Source of the DNA: Nemertoderma westbladi
Lineage: Eukaryota > Animalia > Xenacoelomorpha
Length of the DNA stretch: 45,615 bases
Assembly: GCA_032718475.1 (NCBI GenBank)
Contig: JAUCBJ010005974.1
Coordinates: 1-45,615 of the forward strand
Reading direction: 5' to 3'
How positions within the stretch are numbered: the first letter of the stretch is position 1; every line of letters begins with the position of its first letter. Under the pieces are notes generated by a model that saw only the letters and a list, made by a program, of their open reading frames with translations, was not told the DNA's origin and made no database searches. A program made the position numbers and the translations under genes. Shown here piece by piece: positions 1 through 11,902 of this stretch.

Positions 1-10
1 AGATATCACA

Positions 11-590
11 TGGAGTACTCTCAGATTTACTAGAGGGAGCTCAACGGCTCATCAGCTCATTAGAATAGGCTGATTCTAGTGTTGGTCTTTTTGTTAACAC
101 CATGAAGACCTATATTTCGACGGTTAAATTCCACAGTCCTCAAGAAATTTCTGATCTGTCTGTTTTCAGCATAAACTCTTAAGGATGGTGTACTTTAGCA
201 CGTGGGTGACTTCCAATAATGGGATCATGGATCCGGAAGTCAGGCGCGGAGCTTCAAATAAAGGGAAAAATATTAGCAGCTTTATATATATATATAAAAT
301 ATATATAATAAAAAAAAAATAATAGAAAATATATATATAAAATATGGGGTTGCCCAGGTTTGGAAGTCACATAGAATAAGTCAGAAACATAAGGTTCGAT
401 TAATTAGAGCAGCAGAGAGCCAGTGCTCTTATATGGCAGTCCATGCTGGACAGCTGAGGACACTAAATCTCTGGCTGGCCATGGCACATACATAATAATG
501 CTACATCGGATTCACTGTGGCTTTTTTGTCGATAAGCCGGCATAGCATTCTTGATGCACGCTGAATTTCAGCATGCTGGTTGTGAATTGC
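11..590 (+). mobile_element. Old, internally deleted 3' fragment of an RTE-clade LINE (same family as 11903-13694)
   Basis: Direct nucleotide similarity to 12884-13670, e.g. GGAGTACTCTCAGATTTACTAGAGGGAGC, GGGATCATGGATCCGGAAGTCAGG, GTCGATAAGCCGGCATAGCATTCTT; interrupted by an (AT)n/A-rich tract at ~280-345. Confidence 0.9.
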
Positions 591-599
591 ATGGTTAAG

Positions 600-2150
600 C
601 ATATTTATTGTTAAGCCGAAATAAAAATTCCAATGTGCAGCTTCAATACAGCAGTCCGATTAGTATTAAAGAGCTATTGTTGATATATTTGGTCGAAATC
701 CATTTTAGCTGTAACACAGTAAAGTTCCTCTATATGATGTATAATACATCTTAGAATCATAAAAACTAATTGAATTCCGTGATAGTCACTGACTATTAGT
801 AGTTCGGTGGTACACTAAGGTCTCCTTTCTTGGGGCTAGGCATTACTTTGTTTTAGTTCAAATTGATGGGTTTTACCATTTCCACATCCGGTTGCAAACA
901 ACCAATAAATGGTCTGTTCAACACTCCTGTTTTCCTACCTCTCTCTGCAGGGGTTTCACAAACCCCACTCACTCACTTAATATTATAATGGTAGTCCTAT
1001 AATATATTAAATCAGGTTTGCTGAATTATCAAAATCAAATTACGAACTAAAATCACCAAAATTATAAATTAAATAAAAATTAATTCATTACAAATAAATT
1101 ACCAAAGGTTTAAGAAAATTATGTCAGTAAGAAAGAGGAAATAAAAATGAGAGACAGGGGGGAAACTGGACGCAATAATCCCGTCTTGGCGAATTAATAT
1201 CCCGCCTCAATGCTAAATTCTCAATTTAGGGAAAGGAGCAGGTTACAGTGGCACCGGCACGTTATTTTAACCAAAACAATAAATTTAACACAATTGAATA
1301 GGTTACAGTTTTATTTTTTAGAGTAATCAGCTGTTATTAGCGTCCAATTTTCCCTGGAGAGGGATGAATTTTTATTGCGTCCAGTTCCCCCCCTATCTGA
1401 AAACTGATCTGCAGGGAGTATGATAAAGATAAAGAGATGTGTGCGGATCTTTGGAAATAATGATTTGTGTTTGAATTAAACGCTGTATATTAAATAGTTA
1501 CATTCGCCAACTATGCGATGCAAGTAAAAAAAAATAGTTGACGCCTGTTATACTATTTTTCATACATTAGGAAGAATCATAATTAATAAATGATTACAAA
1601 ATAAAATAAACTGAGGAATCAGCTGCAGACAGAGTACCATTTCATGAGGAAAAAGAACCTTAATTCTCACATAGATTATACTATACTTACCCAGATGCAT
1701 GGAACCATCTACAGTTGTTCTGTTTCTTTCCATTAAGTTCACATCAAACTATTAAAACATATGCCAACTAAACAAACAAGTAATATTTTTACTAAGAAAC
1801 ATTATTGATAAGAATTTCCTTAGGATAGTCTAGAATGTGAAGGTGAAATACAGTCAAGAGGCAACCCGTTGTCTATTAAGTATAAGTGATTGGGATATAC
1901 TGTTGTGTATATTGATTAATTCATTATTCATACAAATTCAATTATAATTCAAATATTCTACCCCAATAGAATAGACATTCGACATTTAGTAATGCGCCGT
2001 TCTTTACAGAATAATTATGGTCCTCAGATATTGTAAAGGAAGGAAGTTGAACTGTATATTGAATCCTGCGGGGTGTCCGATACCATGTGTGTTGTATAAT
2101 ATGGCATGTAGGCCTACATATGTGTAGTACTGCCAAACGATATATTGTTC
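600..2150 (-). pseudogene. Decayed LRR-protein coding fragments (paralogous to 28270-29500)
   Basis: 631-660 matches 28293-28322 at 25/30 nt; minus-strand peptide CRPTCHIIQHTW...IQYTVQL...NYSVKNGALLNVECL parallels CRAHCPVYHCTC...LIYTVYL...PNNTLQIVAPSSI at ~28900-29060; many stops. Confidence 0.5.
1152..1398. mobile_element. MITE family A, complete copy (~250 bp)
   Basis: TIRs AGACAGGGGGGAAACTGGACGCAATAA / TTATTGCGTCCAGTTCCCCCCCTATCT; internal GAAAGGAGCAGGTTACAGTGGCAC and GAGTAATCAGCTG recur in three other copies in the window. Confidence 0.85.
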
Positions 2151-2491
2151 GAATTCTCCTATGATGCTTACATTGTTGTAAAATGGCGAAGGGGGGGGAG
2201 GGGGATTTGATGTAAATCCCTACTCGGCAAATTAATATATTGTCCCAATGTTAAATTAGCAATTAATGGAAGGAGAAGATTAAGCAAAACAATAAACACA
2301 TTTTATCATGGAGATAAATACATTTTCATTTTTTCACAAGAAAGGTATTATATTATCATTTCAAGTCTCAAACTATCCCATACATTAAAAAAAGTGCCGG
2401 TTCAAACAAAACTAAATAGAACAATTAATGATGTAATATAATGGTTTTGTTTAGAGATGGAAATAATGAGAAAGCACGTTACCGGGGGTTG

Positions 2492-2545
2492 AACCAGCGC
2501 TCTATGTACGTATCGGCCTGTCAGGCCTCATCAGTAGCGCTAACC
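2492..2545 (-). ncRNA. Minimal type I hammerhead ribozyme (two apparent core substitutions) abutting a Pol III B-box-like motif
   Basis: Minus strand reads GGTTAGCGCTA-CTGATGA-GGCCT GAC AGGCC-GATAC-GTAC-ATA-GAGCGCTGGTT: stem I AGCGCT/AGCGCT, exact CUGAUGA, 5-bp stem II, GATA for GAAA, palindromic stem III loop GTAC; runs into GGTTCAACCCC. Confidence 0.75.
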
Positions 2546-2549
2546 AGTT

Positions 2550-2920
2550 TATATTTTTTATTTTGTTTTTTTATTAGAAACCAAAAAAAATATTAAAAAT
2601 GTACTATAATAGGATATACCCGTATAGCAATATATACAAGTAACTGCTTACATTATTGTTATATTATTAGTGAATAAATCCTACTGGATAAAGAATGTAA
2701 CGGATTACAAAGGTCTTAAATACATCTTAAAGGATAAAAACATGATATTGCTTTTAAATAGGTGTCAGACACTCTATTCGCAAAAGCAGCTGTCTCATTG
2801 AATATTAGCGAATTATCCAACCACAAGGAGGTCTGTAGTAATAGGGAGTGTGGTTAGGGCTCTATGGTAAGTGATCATGACAACCGTGAAATGTTGTTGT
2901 GTGGAAATGTAATTTAAATT
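2550..2920 (-). mobile_element. 3' end of a CR1/L2-group LINE with A-rich tail
   Basis: Frameshifted minus-strand peptide ...RALTTLPITTDLLVVG...FNETAAFANRVSDTYLKAISCF resembles the LINE ORF2 C-terminus, followed by a UTR and an AATAAA/A-rich tail at ~2550-2580. Confidence 0.4.
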
Positions 2921-3779
2921 ACTTTCTTTTATGACTAAAGTTACTTGATAGTTATGGAACTGAGAGTGGGAAATGGAATTGAGCAACGGGATTAAACTAT
3001 CAACGGATCTTTCTGGGTGTTGGTCTGGGGTCAGTAATTCTGGAAAATCCTTAGTTCACACAGGTAACTAAATTCTGTGGGTTTATATTTCCAGGGGTCT
3101 TTAGTTCCCATATATGAAACATAATTATTCAACTTAGTGTTTCTGCAGTAATAATTCATTATTGTTTCGCAACGTAACGATCAAAGTGGTACCCGTAATA
3201 ATAATGATGCGAAGGGATTCTCGAATGGCTTTTTAAAATAGTATACTATATAAAATATATTAATTATTTTTACTGTAACTGGGAAGTTCTTTGTGGATTA
3301 TGGCCCTTCTGGTCTTAGTTCTGTCTAAGTATTTCTGTCTCGCTTGACTTCAGCTACCTAAGTCTTTTTATGTCTCATATACTTTAGTTAATTAATGAAG
3401 TCAGTTCATTATTATTAGTAAATTAAGTCTTTAGTTTCCATCCTTCTTACTACAGATATGTGATCATTGTTGTTCTTTAGTTCCCAAAGTCCTTAGGTCT
3501 CAATAGTCTTTTGTTTCGGGAGTCCTAAGATCCCATGAGGTTTGGACACGGGGGATTGGACGCTGGGTTATTGTAAACCTGTATTTTTATTAATTTAACA
3601 ATTTTTGACCACTGAAGTGACATTCTAGGACCTTATTTAAAATTGGTTTGACCATTCTTAAACCGCAGCACTAAAATAATTTACAATTTCGGGGTGCTAC
3701 ATCCCCCCCCCCTCCCTCCCCCACTACCACCCCTTGAGGTGAGCGTTAGTATTTAATTTTAAAATTATTCATTAGGATT

Positions 3780-4250
3780 TTAAAACAATTAGTTCGCATG
3801 ATTAGCAAAAATTAATTAGCCTTGTAAACCACCATGCTTTTGGCGTTGAATTGTGCGCCATGTTAGCATTGATTTGGGTTTTAGAAAGCAATCTCAAACC
3901 AGTAATCACGACAATCAATGATTCAATTAAGTCGTCTTGAAATTCCTTTCCCCACTGACAAACGAATGAGCACCAGCTAAAGTGTAGGATAAGATAACAT
4001 GATGATAGCATGGTGATAGCTTCATCGACAACCGCTGGTTTATCTAAATTAAATCTGAATTATTCGGGGATGTCTGTCCCATAGGGAGTTACAATTGGGT
4101 GGGAATGTCTGGAGACCATGCAGATAAAGGAACCAGAAATAAATTAAACTTGTAAAAAAGAGTAATGGAGTGTATGTAGCCATGGCCATTCTTGCATGTA
4201 GGAACCAGCCCATTCAGTAACCGATAGGGTCGGAGGAACTGATGTGAATC
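3780..4250 (-). pseudogene. Possible decayed LRR-protein fragment
   Basis: Minus-strand peptides C...YGTDIPE (LRRNT-like) and LIESLIVVITGLRLLSKTQINANM (LRR-like spacing), with stops. Confidence 0.3.
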
Positions 4251-5139
4251 ATTACTGAGTGCCTGTGATGCTGAACTGAAGATATATTACTATGCTGAAT
4301 TACATAATCTCAACATTTATTTTCATGTTTACGAGATTAGTCCGGCGAAACAGATGTGGCAGGTGGGGGACTATAGTACCATGGACCCCTGTTCGCCAAA
4401 TCTGTGTGAGTCCTAGTCCAGCTAAAATAAATATGAAAAAAATTCGATTTTGAGGATGAAGTGATCCAGCTTAGATATTTTTTCACTACCTGTTGACAAG
4501 TAGTTTGGTCTCAAAGGTTATTCTAGCGGTACACTACCTGGATCCCGTTCACATTCAATGGGGTCATTGCGGCAACTGCAGGTCCGTCTGTTCACAGTTA
4601 ATTCAACAGTCTAGACAGTCATTTATTATCATTATTTAAATGGACAGCGGTAAACCTAGGGCACAACTAAATTTTGGCCGTTCATGATCAATACTTATCA
4701 AGATAATGTACTGCTCGCATACCACTGAGTCATTCACACTCACTAATGTTATGAAGAAAAATAACTGCTAGCTGTAAAACTTTAAATTTCATTGTGATAA
4801 CTGCAATGAGTTAAACATTGAGTTAAATTTAATTGAGGTACCGTACCTACGAAAGGGGCCTACGCTACAGGAGTTCAAGTGGAATATAAAAGTATGTTAT
4901 CTGTGTGATGAGTGTTGGTCTAAGGTTCCTAATTAACAGCGTTTCTTTTTCAATAGATATAATACTCAATGAACTTTTCATTGCTCTTCTTTCTAATCTT
5001 TCCATTTTCACTGCTAATATTGGCCATTTAGTCGCTGGCTTTAACAAAGGTCAGTTTAGGCACCTTCTTAGATTAGCATTATTTATTAACATTTTATTTC
5101 TTTTAATAACCAATTATTTACACAACTTGATGCTCTAGC

Positions 5140-5925
5140 TATGGGGCCTCTATAAGTAAGGCGCTACAGTGACCCAATGAATTTTTAGCCAAGAAAGAAA
5201 TTTGGATGGTTAGATAATTTCCCCGACTATGTTCAAGCCCATGTTCTACAAAAGATGACACTCTCGTAGTCTTTAAAAAGTACAAATTTTTCTAAATTAT
5301 GTAAACTCGCAACATAGTAACATTGAGTTCACTATGGAAGTTGGGAGTAACTCCCAATTACCTTTTCTCGATGTTTTGGTTACCCAAAATAACAATTTCG
5401 AGTTTAAAACAGCACTTTACCGTAAACGTACTAACACGGGTCAGTTTACCAACTTCCATAGTTTCCTCCCATTCCAATATTAATTTGGCCTTATTTTGAC
5501 TCCGATCTCTACAATTTTTAGGATTTGTTCAACTTTTAATATTTTCGACGTCGAACTAGAGAAACTGAATGTAATTTTATATATGAATGCGCAGTTGTTA
5601 GATTGTGCTAGAAGAACTACTCTTTCGCACACCTGCCACGAATATATGCCTGAAAGATGTAATATTTTTATTTGGTACTCAACACATTACTGGTAATCAT
5701 GGTATTTTGGCGAAGGCTAAATTAGTTAGATTGTTTTGTTCGGCATCCCGCACTCACATTAATTTACATATTGTATTTAAAATGTCTTAACGTATTTCCT
5801 CAATGTTCAGTTTAAAGACAAATTGTCCAAACACATGCCTGTGAATATTCTACCTGCTCCTGTGGTGACTATACTGACTCCTATATTGGACTTACTTACT
5901 AAGAGACATTTTGCAATAATATGCC
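5140..5925 (+). mobile_element. Penelope-like element remnant (RT C-terminal part to GIY-YIG start)
   Basis: Peptide FLNYVNSQHSNIEFTMEVGSNSQLPFLDVLVTQ...FKTALYRKRTNTGQFTNFHSF...IFRICS...ELEKL, then FKDKL...CSCGD...YIGLT; broken by stops and frameshifts. Confidence 0.85.
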
Positions 5926-6029
5926 CATAGCAGATGCTCGTCTACCATAGGATTCTAAAGGGTATCGCGGTACCACGAGAAGACCACGAAAATTCGTGAT
6001 AAGTTAGACACCCAGTCAAATGGATGTAT

Positions 6030-7500
6030 AATATATATGGATATAAAAAAGGCATATGACACAGTAAACCGCTCGATCCTTGTAAAAAAGCTTGAACACT
6101 ATGGATTTCGCGGATTCCAAATACAACCTTTCAAAAATTATTTCCAAAATTCAAGTCAATTTAATAAAATTAATAATTCTATTTCAATCTTTCAAAAAAT
6201 CACATGCGGGATGGCACAGGGTTCAATCTTAGGTACCATTTTCTTTTTACTATATATTAACAACATCCCAAATGCTTCTAAATTATACACAGTACTTTTC
6301 GCGGACGACTCAAGTTTTCTTTGTAGAAACAATGAGGCGACTTCCTTAGTGACGACCGTAAACTCAGAACTTAGTAATATACAAGACTGGCTAATTTCCA
6401 ATAGATTATCAATAAATACAAAAAAAAACGAATTTATGGTAGCGTCAAACAAACTAGAAAGATCCCAATTTCAAAACTCTCAAATTAACAATAAATCTTT
6501 AACAATGTCACCATCATCGGTTAAGTACCTAGGAATTCTAATTGATCAAAAGTTATCCTGGAACACACATATAACATATGTCTTATCAAAGTTATCTAAA
6601 ACAACTGGTATTTTTTATAAGTTGCGACACTTTTTTGATCTACATATCCTAAAACTTCTTTATTTTTCGCTCGTGCACCCGTATATAAACTATGGACTTA
6701 TTATTTGGGGGAATGCTGGCTCCTCTCTGATAAAAAAGTAAGATAAAAAATAAATAAAATCTTAAGATGCATTACCTTTTCTGACCATCTTGCGCACTCC
6801 TTTCCGTTATATCAAAGTTTAAAAATATTACCTGTTCATGATTCGCACTCACTTCAAGTAGCAGCCTTTATGCACAGTGTACCCTACAACTATGAGAAAA
6901 CTGAAATATCAAACCATTTTTTATTGGTAGGTGATGTTCATCGTTATGGTACAAGATCAAAATCACAAAATTTGTTCTTTATTCCTCGTGCTAATTTAGT
7001 CATTGGGCAGTGATCTTTTGTCAGACCATCTCTTTGGAACAACAATATCACCTAAACTGAGAGAAATCAAAAGTTGGAAAATGTTTATAAAAAATATGAA
7101 ATTAAAACTAATGTCATCGGAGAGCAGCGATCTATAAAAATAAAAAATAAAAATAAATAAAAAGTAAAAATAACATTTTTTTTTTACATTTAACAGAGGG
7201 ATCGTAAGGCGGTCTACGTAGCAACAATGGTGTGTGGGAGGGGGTCGATTGACCAATGATAAGGGAATTGGGTGCACTGGTGGGTTGGGTGTTGGGATCC
7301 TACATGTATGTAACCCCTGTAGTTGCTTGCACATTATCGTAAGATGTATCTACCCAATTTATGTATTATATATTCCGGTGCCTAACAGGATACTTAACTA
7401 GCACTATGCTACTAAGCAGTCTTCCTGTGCATTTTATTGTGAATTATGTAATGTATTTGATATAATTATGTATTATTTGGGAAAATCAATCAATCAATCA
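6030..7500 (+). mobile_element. 5'-truncated L2/Crack/CR1-group LINE (RT 3' half, UTR, (AATC)n tail)
   Basis: ORF 6037-6741 with DIKKAYDTV, GMAQGSILG, LFADD, KYLGILID..LSW..HI; premature stop, coding similarity continues to ~7110; ends in AATCAATCAATCAATCA at ~7485-7500. Confidence 0.9.
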
Positions 7501-8563
7501 AAAGACCATGTGAGGGTCTATATGGGATAAGAAGTTCATTTAGATAAGTCGGTGCTATCCCATTGAGGCACTTTGTGATGGGATCCCCGAGTTGGCGGTG
7601 TTTGCTTTTGGTTAATACGCGTAACCGCGTCCGCTGGCTGCTGAAAGGCTTATAGTACCTGAGTCTGAAAGGCCGGAGGACGATAGAATAACTGAGTTTT
7701 TAGTGGCAGTTGTTCGTAATGTCAGAATACAATAATAGCATAATCAGAATATAATAATAGCACGGTTACTGTCGGCGACGGTTGAAACCATCTTGCTTCC
7801 ACAGCTCTACACAAACCAACTGAACAACAGGTGATAAATGCAATGGGTATATTACTAACACATATAGAATATTGGTATTTGCTATGTGGCCTGGCCAATG
7901 GATGCATCCCAATCAGATGGTGTTCTGCCCCACCATTGGCTAACCTATCCTCCCTTTGTCACTCCCTGTTCCCTTATGCCCACGCGCTAGTTCCCTTCGT
8001 CCCCCTGAGATGGCCTGTAGCCTCTCATCTCTACTTGTGGCTGGCAATGTATATTGCCCTCATTGGTTAGGTGACATTATATTGCTAATGTCACCTAGCC
8101 AACTATAATTGGTAAAAAGACACTTTCCCCATTTTCCGCTGGGTAGTGCAGTGAATTGGATCCGGTCACACAATTATAGGTTAGTAATGCTAACTTATAT
8201 TCTACTCTATGCTTTACGGGTAACCAATGCAGTTGGTTACCCCTTTGCTACAGGATTGGAGTGGGGTAATCTCTTTTTTCATGCATTCTTTGGCCAATTG
8301 TCTTTCTTAGACACTATATATATAAAATTATGTGTTATCTTTATTGGTAAATTTAGTGTAGGTCCTGTTTGCCGTTTGTAACATTTAGCACTATTATTTG
8401 TGCATTGATAATGGTTTAAGTAATGAACCGAAATGTCTGCAGTTATATGAATGCAATTCAAAGTTTTATCACTGGCATTTATTTTCCTCTTAACTCTTAC
8501 ATTCCCCGCCTCTATTCCTCTTTCTTACTCAGTATTATATATACATGTTATATATTGTATACT

Positions 8564-8627
8564 CATGTACTGCGGTAAACCATGTACTGCGGTACACCAT
8601 GTACTCCGGTACACCATGTAGTGTACC
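8564..8627 (+). repeat. Short tandem repeat, 17-bp unit CATGTACTGCGGTACAC, ~3.5 copies
   Basis: Seen directly. Confidence 0.8.
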
Positions 8628-8799
8628 AGTGCACCATTCCGTTGAATGTGAACATACCGTTTGATCGGAAGGCAAGGTTCTAGTGGACCTCAGGTGGGTA
8701 AGTTGGGTCCAACAAACTTACCAAAACTGACCACATCCTCCATCATATTATTTAATACCCCTCCCAACCAACACAAAGAGGACCAAAAAGTTTGGGATA

Positions 8800-9620
8800 G
8801 TATGAATAAATAATTTAATGATACCATTATTGTTGGATGGAGCCAGTGGGTATGTATGATAATTAGTCCACCTGCAGTTATGTTTAATTAGAGATGTCCA
8901 GCTAGGAATCCATAATGCTGCTGCAGGCGTTACAAATATGTTCGTGTTTCGACAGAGACTAACGTAACACAGGAATTCACTAAATCAACTCAAAATATAA
9001 TATGGCTGCGTTAGGCCAACTGCACAACTACTGGAATCCATATATATTAACGATTGTGGATTTAATGAGCTTTTTTTGATGACATAAAGGAACTAACATT
9101 TCCTGGGAGAGGTAAGAATATATGATTTAGGCACGACTCTAAGAGCCCATAAGGTCATAATGTTCAACTGTAAGGCTAATCACATGAAAGGCCTCAAGGA
9201 ATTTATTTCTCATAATGTATGTATTCATCATTCATTATAATACAATCAAATTATTAGACAAAATCTGGAACCTTGTCCATCTGAGTGACTTAGCCTAATT
9301 CTGATAAACAACATACTGTATTAGTATAATAAAGGTTGTTTAATTTAAATCAGGATGAGTTTAATCAATAGCTTAAAAATGAATGAAATTAAGCTGTTTT
9401 CTAATTTACTGTTTTCTAAGTTACTAAATGAGCAGCAGATTGCCTAACAATAAGAATTTCCAGTAAGGAATTGAATTAAATAATGGTGTGGTTTCTAAGA
9501 CTTTATTAATTTTAATAAATTAGCTTATTTAGGAGAGTTGTCAGTTCTGGTAACAGTAAATTGCTTACTATCAGATCTCAATGCCTTAACCAATCTGTTA
9601 TTTATAGTTCATTATTACAT
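8800..9620 (-). pseudogene. Decayed LRR-protein fragment
   Basis: Minus-strand FSNLENSKLENSLISFI and FNSIP fit LxxLxxLxLxxNxI spacing; multiple stops. Confidence 0.35.
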
Positions 9621-9931
9621 CTCCGGATCTAATATAATTAAGGGGGGGGGGGGGGGGGGGGGGGGGTACACCATTTTCGGACAACTCTTCGATTTATCAA
9701 TCTCAGTGTTTCAAAATTGTTTGGTTTTGGGTATAATTAAGAATAGATGCTATTCTACATGACAGGTCAGAAAAATTTTAATACTAGTTAACAATAAAAA
9801 AAACTTGGTTGAGCTTAAAACCCTAAGGCTTTTACAGTTTTAAATCTAATCACATGAAAGTATTTTTATATGATAGATAAAATATGGGGTAACATAACTA
9901 TCAGGCGAAATTTTGTGAAAATATTTCTGCA

Positions 9932-9945
9932 CCGCTAGGTGGCGC
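9932..9945 (+). promoter_or_regulatory. CTCF-consensus-like motif CCGCTAGGTGGCGC inside the Kolobok-like element
   Basis: Close match to the CTCF core CC(A/G)(C/G)(C/T)AG(A/G)(G/T)GGC(A/G)C; binding is untested. Confidence 0.4.
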
Positions 9946-9975
9946 TGCTAATTTATGGTAATTTTTTAGGTTTGT

Positions 9976-10874
9976 TACTAGAAAGCCAGCAAGCTGGCTT
10001 TAAACGAACCTGCCCCTCAAACCATTACCCTGAGTGAGCGAAAATGAAAACACGAAAATTGCCATCAATTCAACGATAGAAACACCAGCTGCTGGTAGGC
10101 CTACTCATGAGGGCCTACTAGTAAGCGACTACTATTTAGTGAATGGATAGGCCTAAACTGCACAGAAGTATATTACTTGCCAAATTGATTACTATCTCAC
10201 TCAAACCCAGACAGTAATCAATCATCAACTGTTACATAGTTTGTATAATGTATTACCCCACCCCCGCCAGCTAGATAGCTCTTCCCAGTGAATTCTATGG
10301 GAATATCATTGTAAGCACTGGGCCGTTCAAATGTTTTATAGGTTGATGATAATGAATGAGGAGGGACCCAACTAACACTACGTGTGTCTATGGGCGGTCT
10401 CCTTATAGCCGCTTGATGGCTTTTCTAGTTGAATCATATTATTCTGCAACCAATAATTAACTCTTTTAGACGAATTAGTGCGTTTTTTGCCGGACGAACA
10501 AATTTTGGCGATGTTCTGTGCGAGATTGGCGATATTTGAAAAGATTCTGAGGCTCAAATATGTTGCTCAGATGACTGAATATCTCAAATAAAAAAGTTGG
10601 TGCAAACTCGACGAGTTGAAATCGGTGAAATACTACTTTAAATTTTCAAAACCGCTATTTTTCAGTGACCCCGTGATCGAAACGCCACAAAAAATGTACA
10701 GTCTTGTGCGCAACCAAAATTTATGTAGAGTTTGTTATTAAAATGTTTGCGTACCTGCTTGAGTTTTTAGATATTGGATTGTTATACATACACACACAAC
10801 CACATCGTGTTTTTGAACGGCTCAACTCTTGACAAGAACTAACCTGGCCTATTAATAGGCAGGTTCGTTATAAA
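9976..10874. mobile_element. Helentron/DINE-1-like non-autonomous element nested in the Kolobok-like element
   Basis: ACTAG + hairpin AAAGCCAGCAAGCTGGCTTT at one end, subterminal inverted repeats AACGAACCTGCC / GGCAGGTTCGTT, (AC)n microsatellite at ~10785-10800, terminal hairpin AACCTGGCCTATTAATAGGCAGGTT. Confidence 0.55.
10250..10430. mobile_element. Second small Helentron-like element, inverted, nested in the first
   Basis: Ends AGCCGCTTGATGGCTTTTCTAGTT, the reverse-complement counterpart of the terminus at 9976-10000; other end TATTACCCCACCCCCGCC. Confidence 0.4.
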
Positions 10875-11902
10875 TAGTATTTAATTTTATTAACAAAAAA
10901 TTTCAAAAGGTTGTCTGATAATTTTATGCAGGGTGGCTATGTAGACATCCACATTAATTTTCAGACTAATTACTCAAAAATTATAGAAGTAGTAGGGTTT
11001 TGAAGTTGACAATTTCATAAAAAAATATTTGGAGATAATCGACCTTTCATTATACATAGTAATAGTAATTTCAATAGGTCTCCCTAAATGGAAATTGTTA
11101 TAACTTGAAAACTAAAAGAGCTATTAAATAGCGGTTTTCAGATTTGGAAACACCATTTAATCGTGCATTATAATAGATCATAAAAATAATTTCGACATAT
11201 TTTGGACCTAAATGGTGCCCCCTCCCCCCACCCCTTTAACTAAAAAAAAACTTACTTATTGTTAAATAATTTATTGTTGTATATTTTGTTTGTATATTTA
11301 GACGAGAGCCCACCCCCCCCCCCCCCCCCCCCCCTCCACCCCTGTTCACCACAAGTACTCAGCAAGCTAATTGGCTCATTTCCAAGTGGCTGTGTGGGAG
11401 GGCCAGATGGAATACGACCCCAAATTCTGAAGGACCTAATCACCTCAAACAATGGAGAGTCATCGACACAGCTACTCACTTCTCTTAGTAAATTCGTAGA
11501 AAATACCAGGAGAAATTCGTCCAATATTCTTCAGAGCCAACCTGTTCGCATTTACAAAGAGTTCTGGGAGAATACAACCAATCGCCATGGGAATGACCCT
11601 GCAGCGTCTATGCTCCAAATATACATATTCAATAGTTAAAGAGCAACGATCAGTATCATATGGAACCATCCATCTTGGAATAGGGACCAAGAATGGCAGT
11701 GAAGCAGCTGCTCATGCCACCAGGACTTTCGTCTCCACAGACAAAGGCAGTAGTCCAGTGCTGATAAAATTCCCTCCTTGAGATGATCCACGAGAACTAC
11801 CCAAGTATTTACAACCATACCAGGGCAGCTTATGGCGGCTACAGTTTCCTTGTCCATGGAGAGGCATTGCTTTGCTCCAATGAAGGCCCCCACACACAGG
11901 GA

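Larger units (their letters stand above)
9642..11235. mobile_element. Non-autonomous Kolobok-like DNA transposon (TTAA TSD) containing nested elements
   Basis: TTAA (9638-9641) G-run GTACACCATTT ... AAATGGTGCCCC..CCCCT TTAA (11236-11239); subterminal motifs shared with 34068-34891 and 43300-44003. Confidence 0.7.

Noticed and set aside
3040-3540. Element with scattered CTTAGTTCC repeats
   Set aside because: Repeats are visible but termini and TSD cannot be defined
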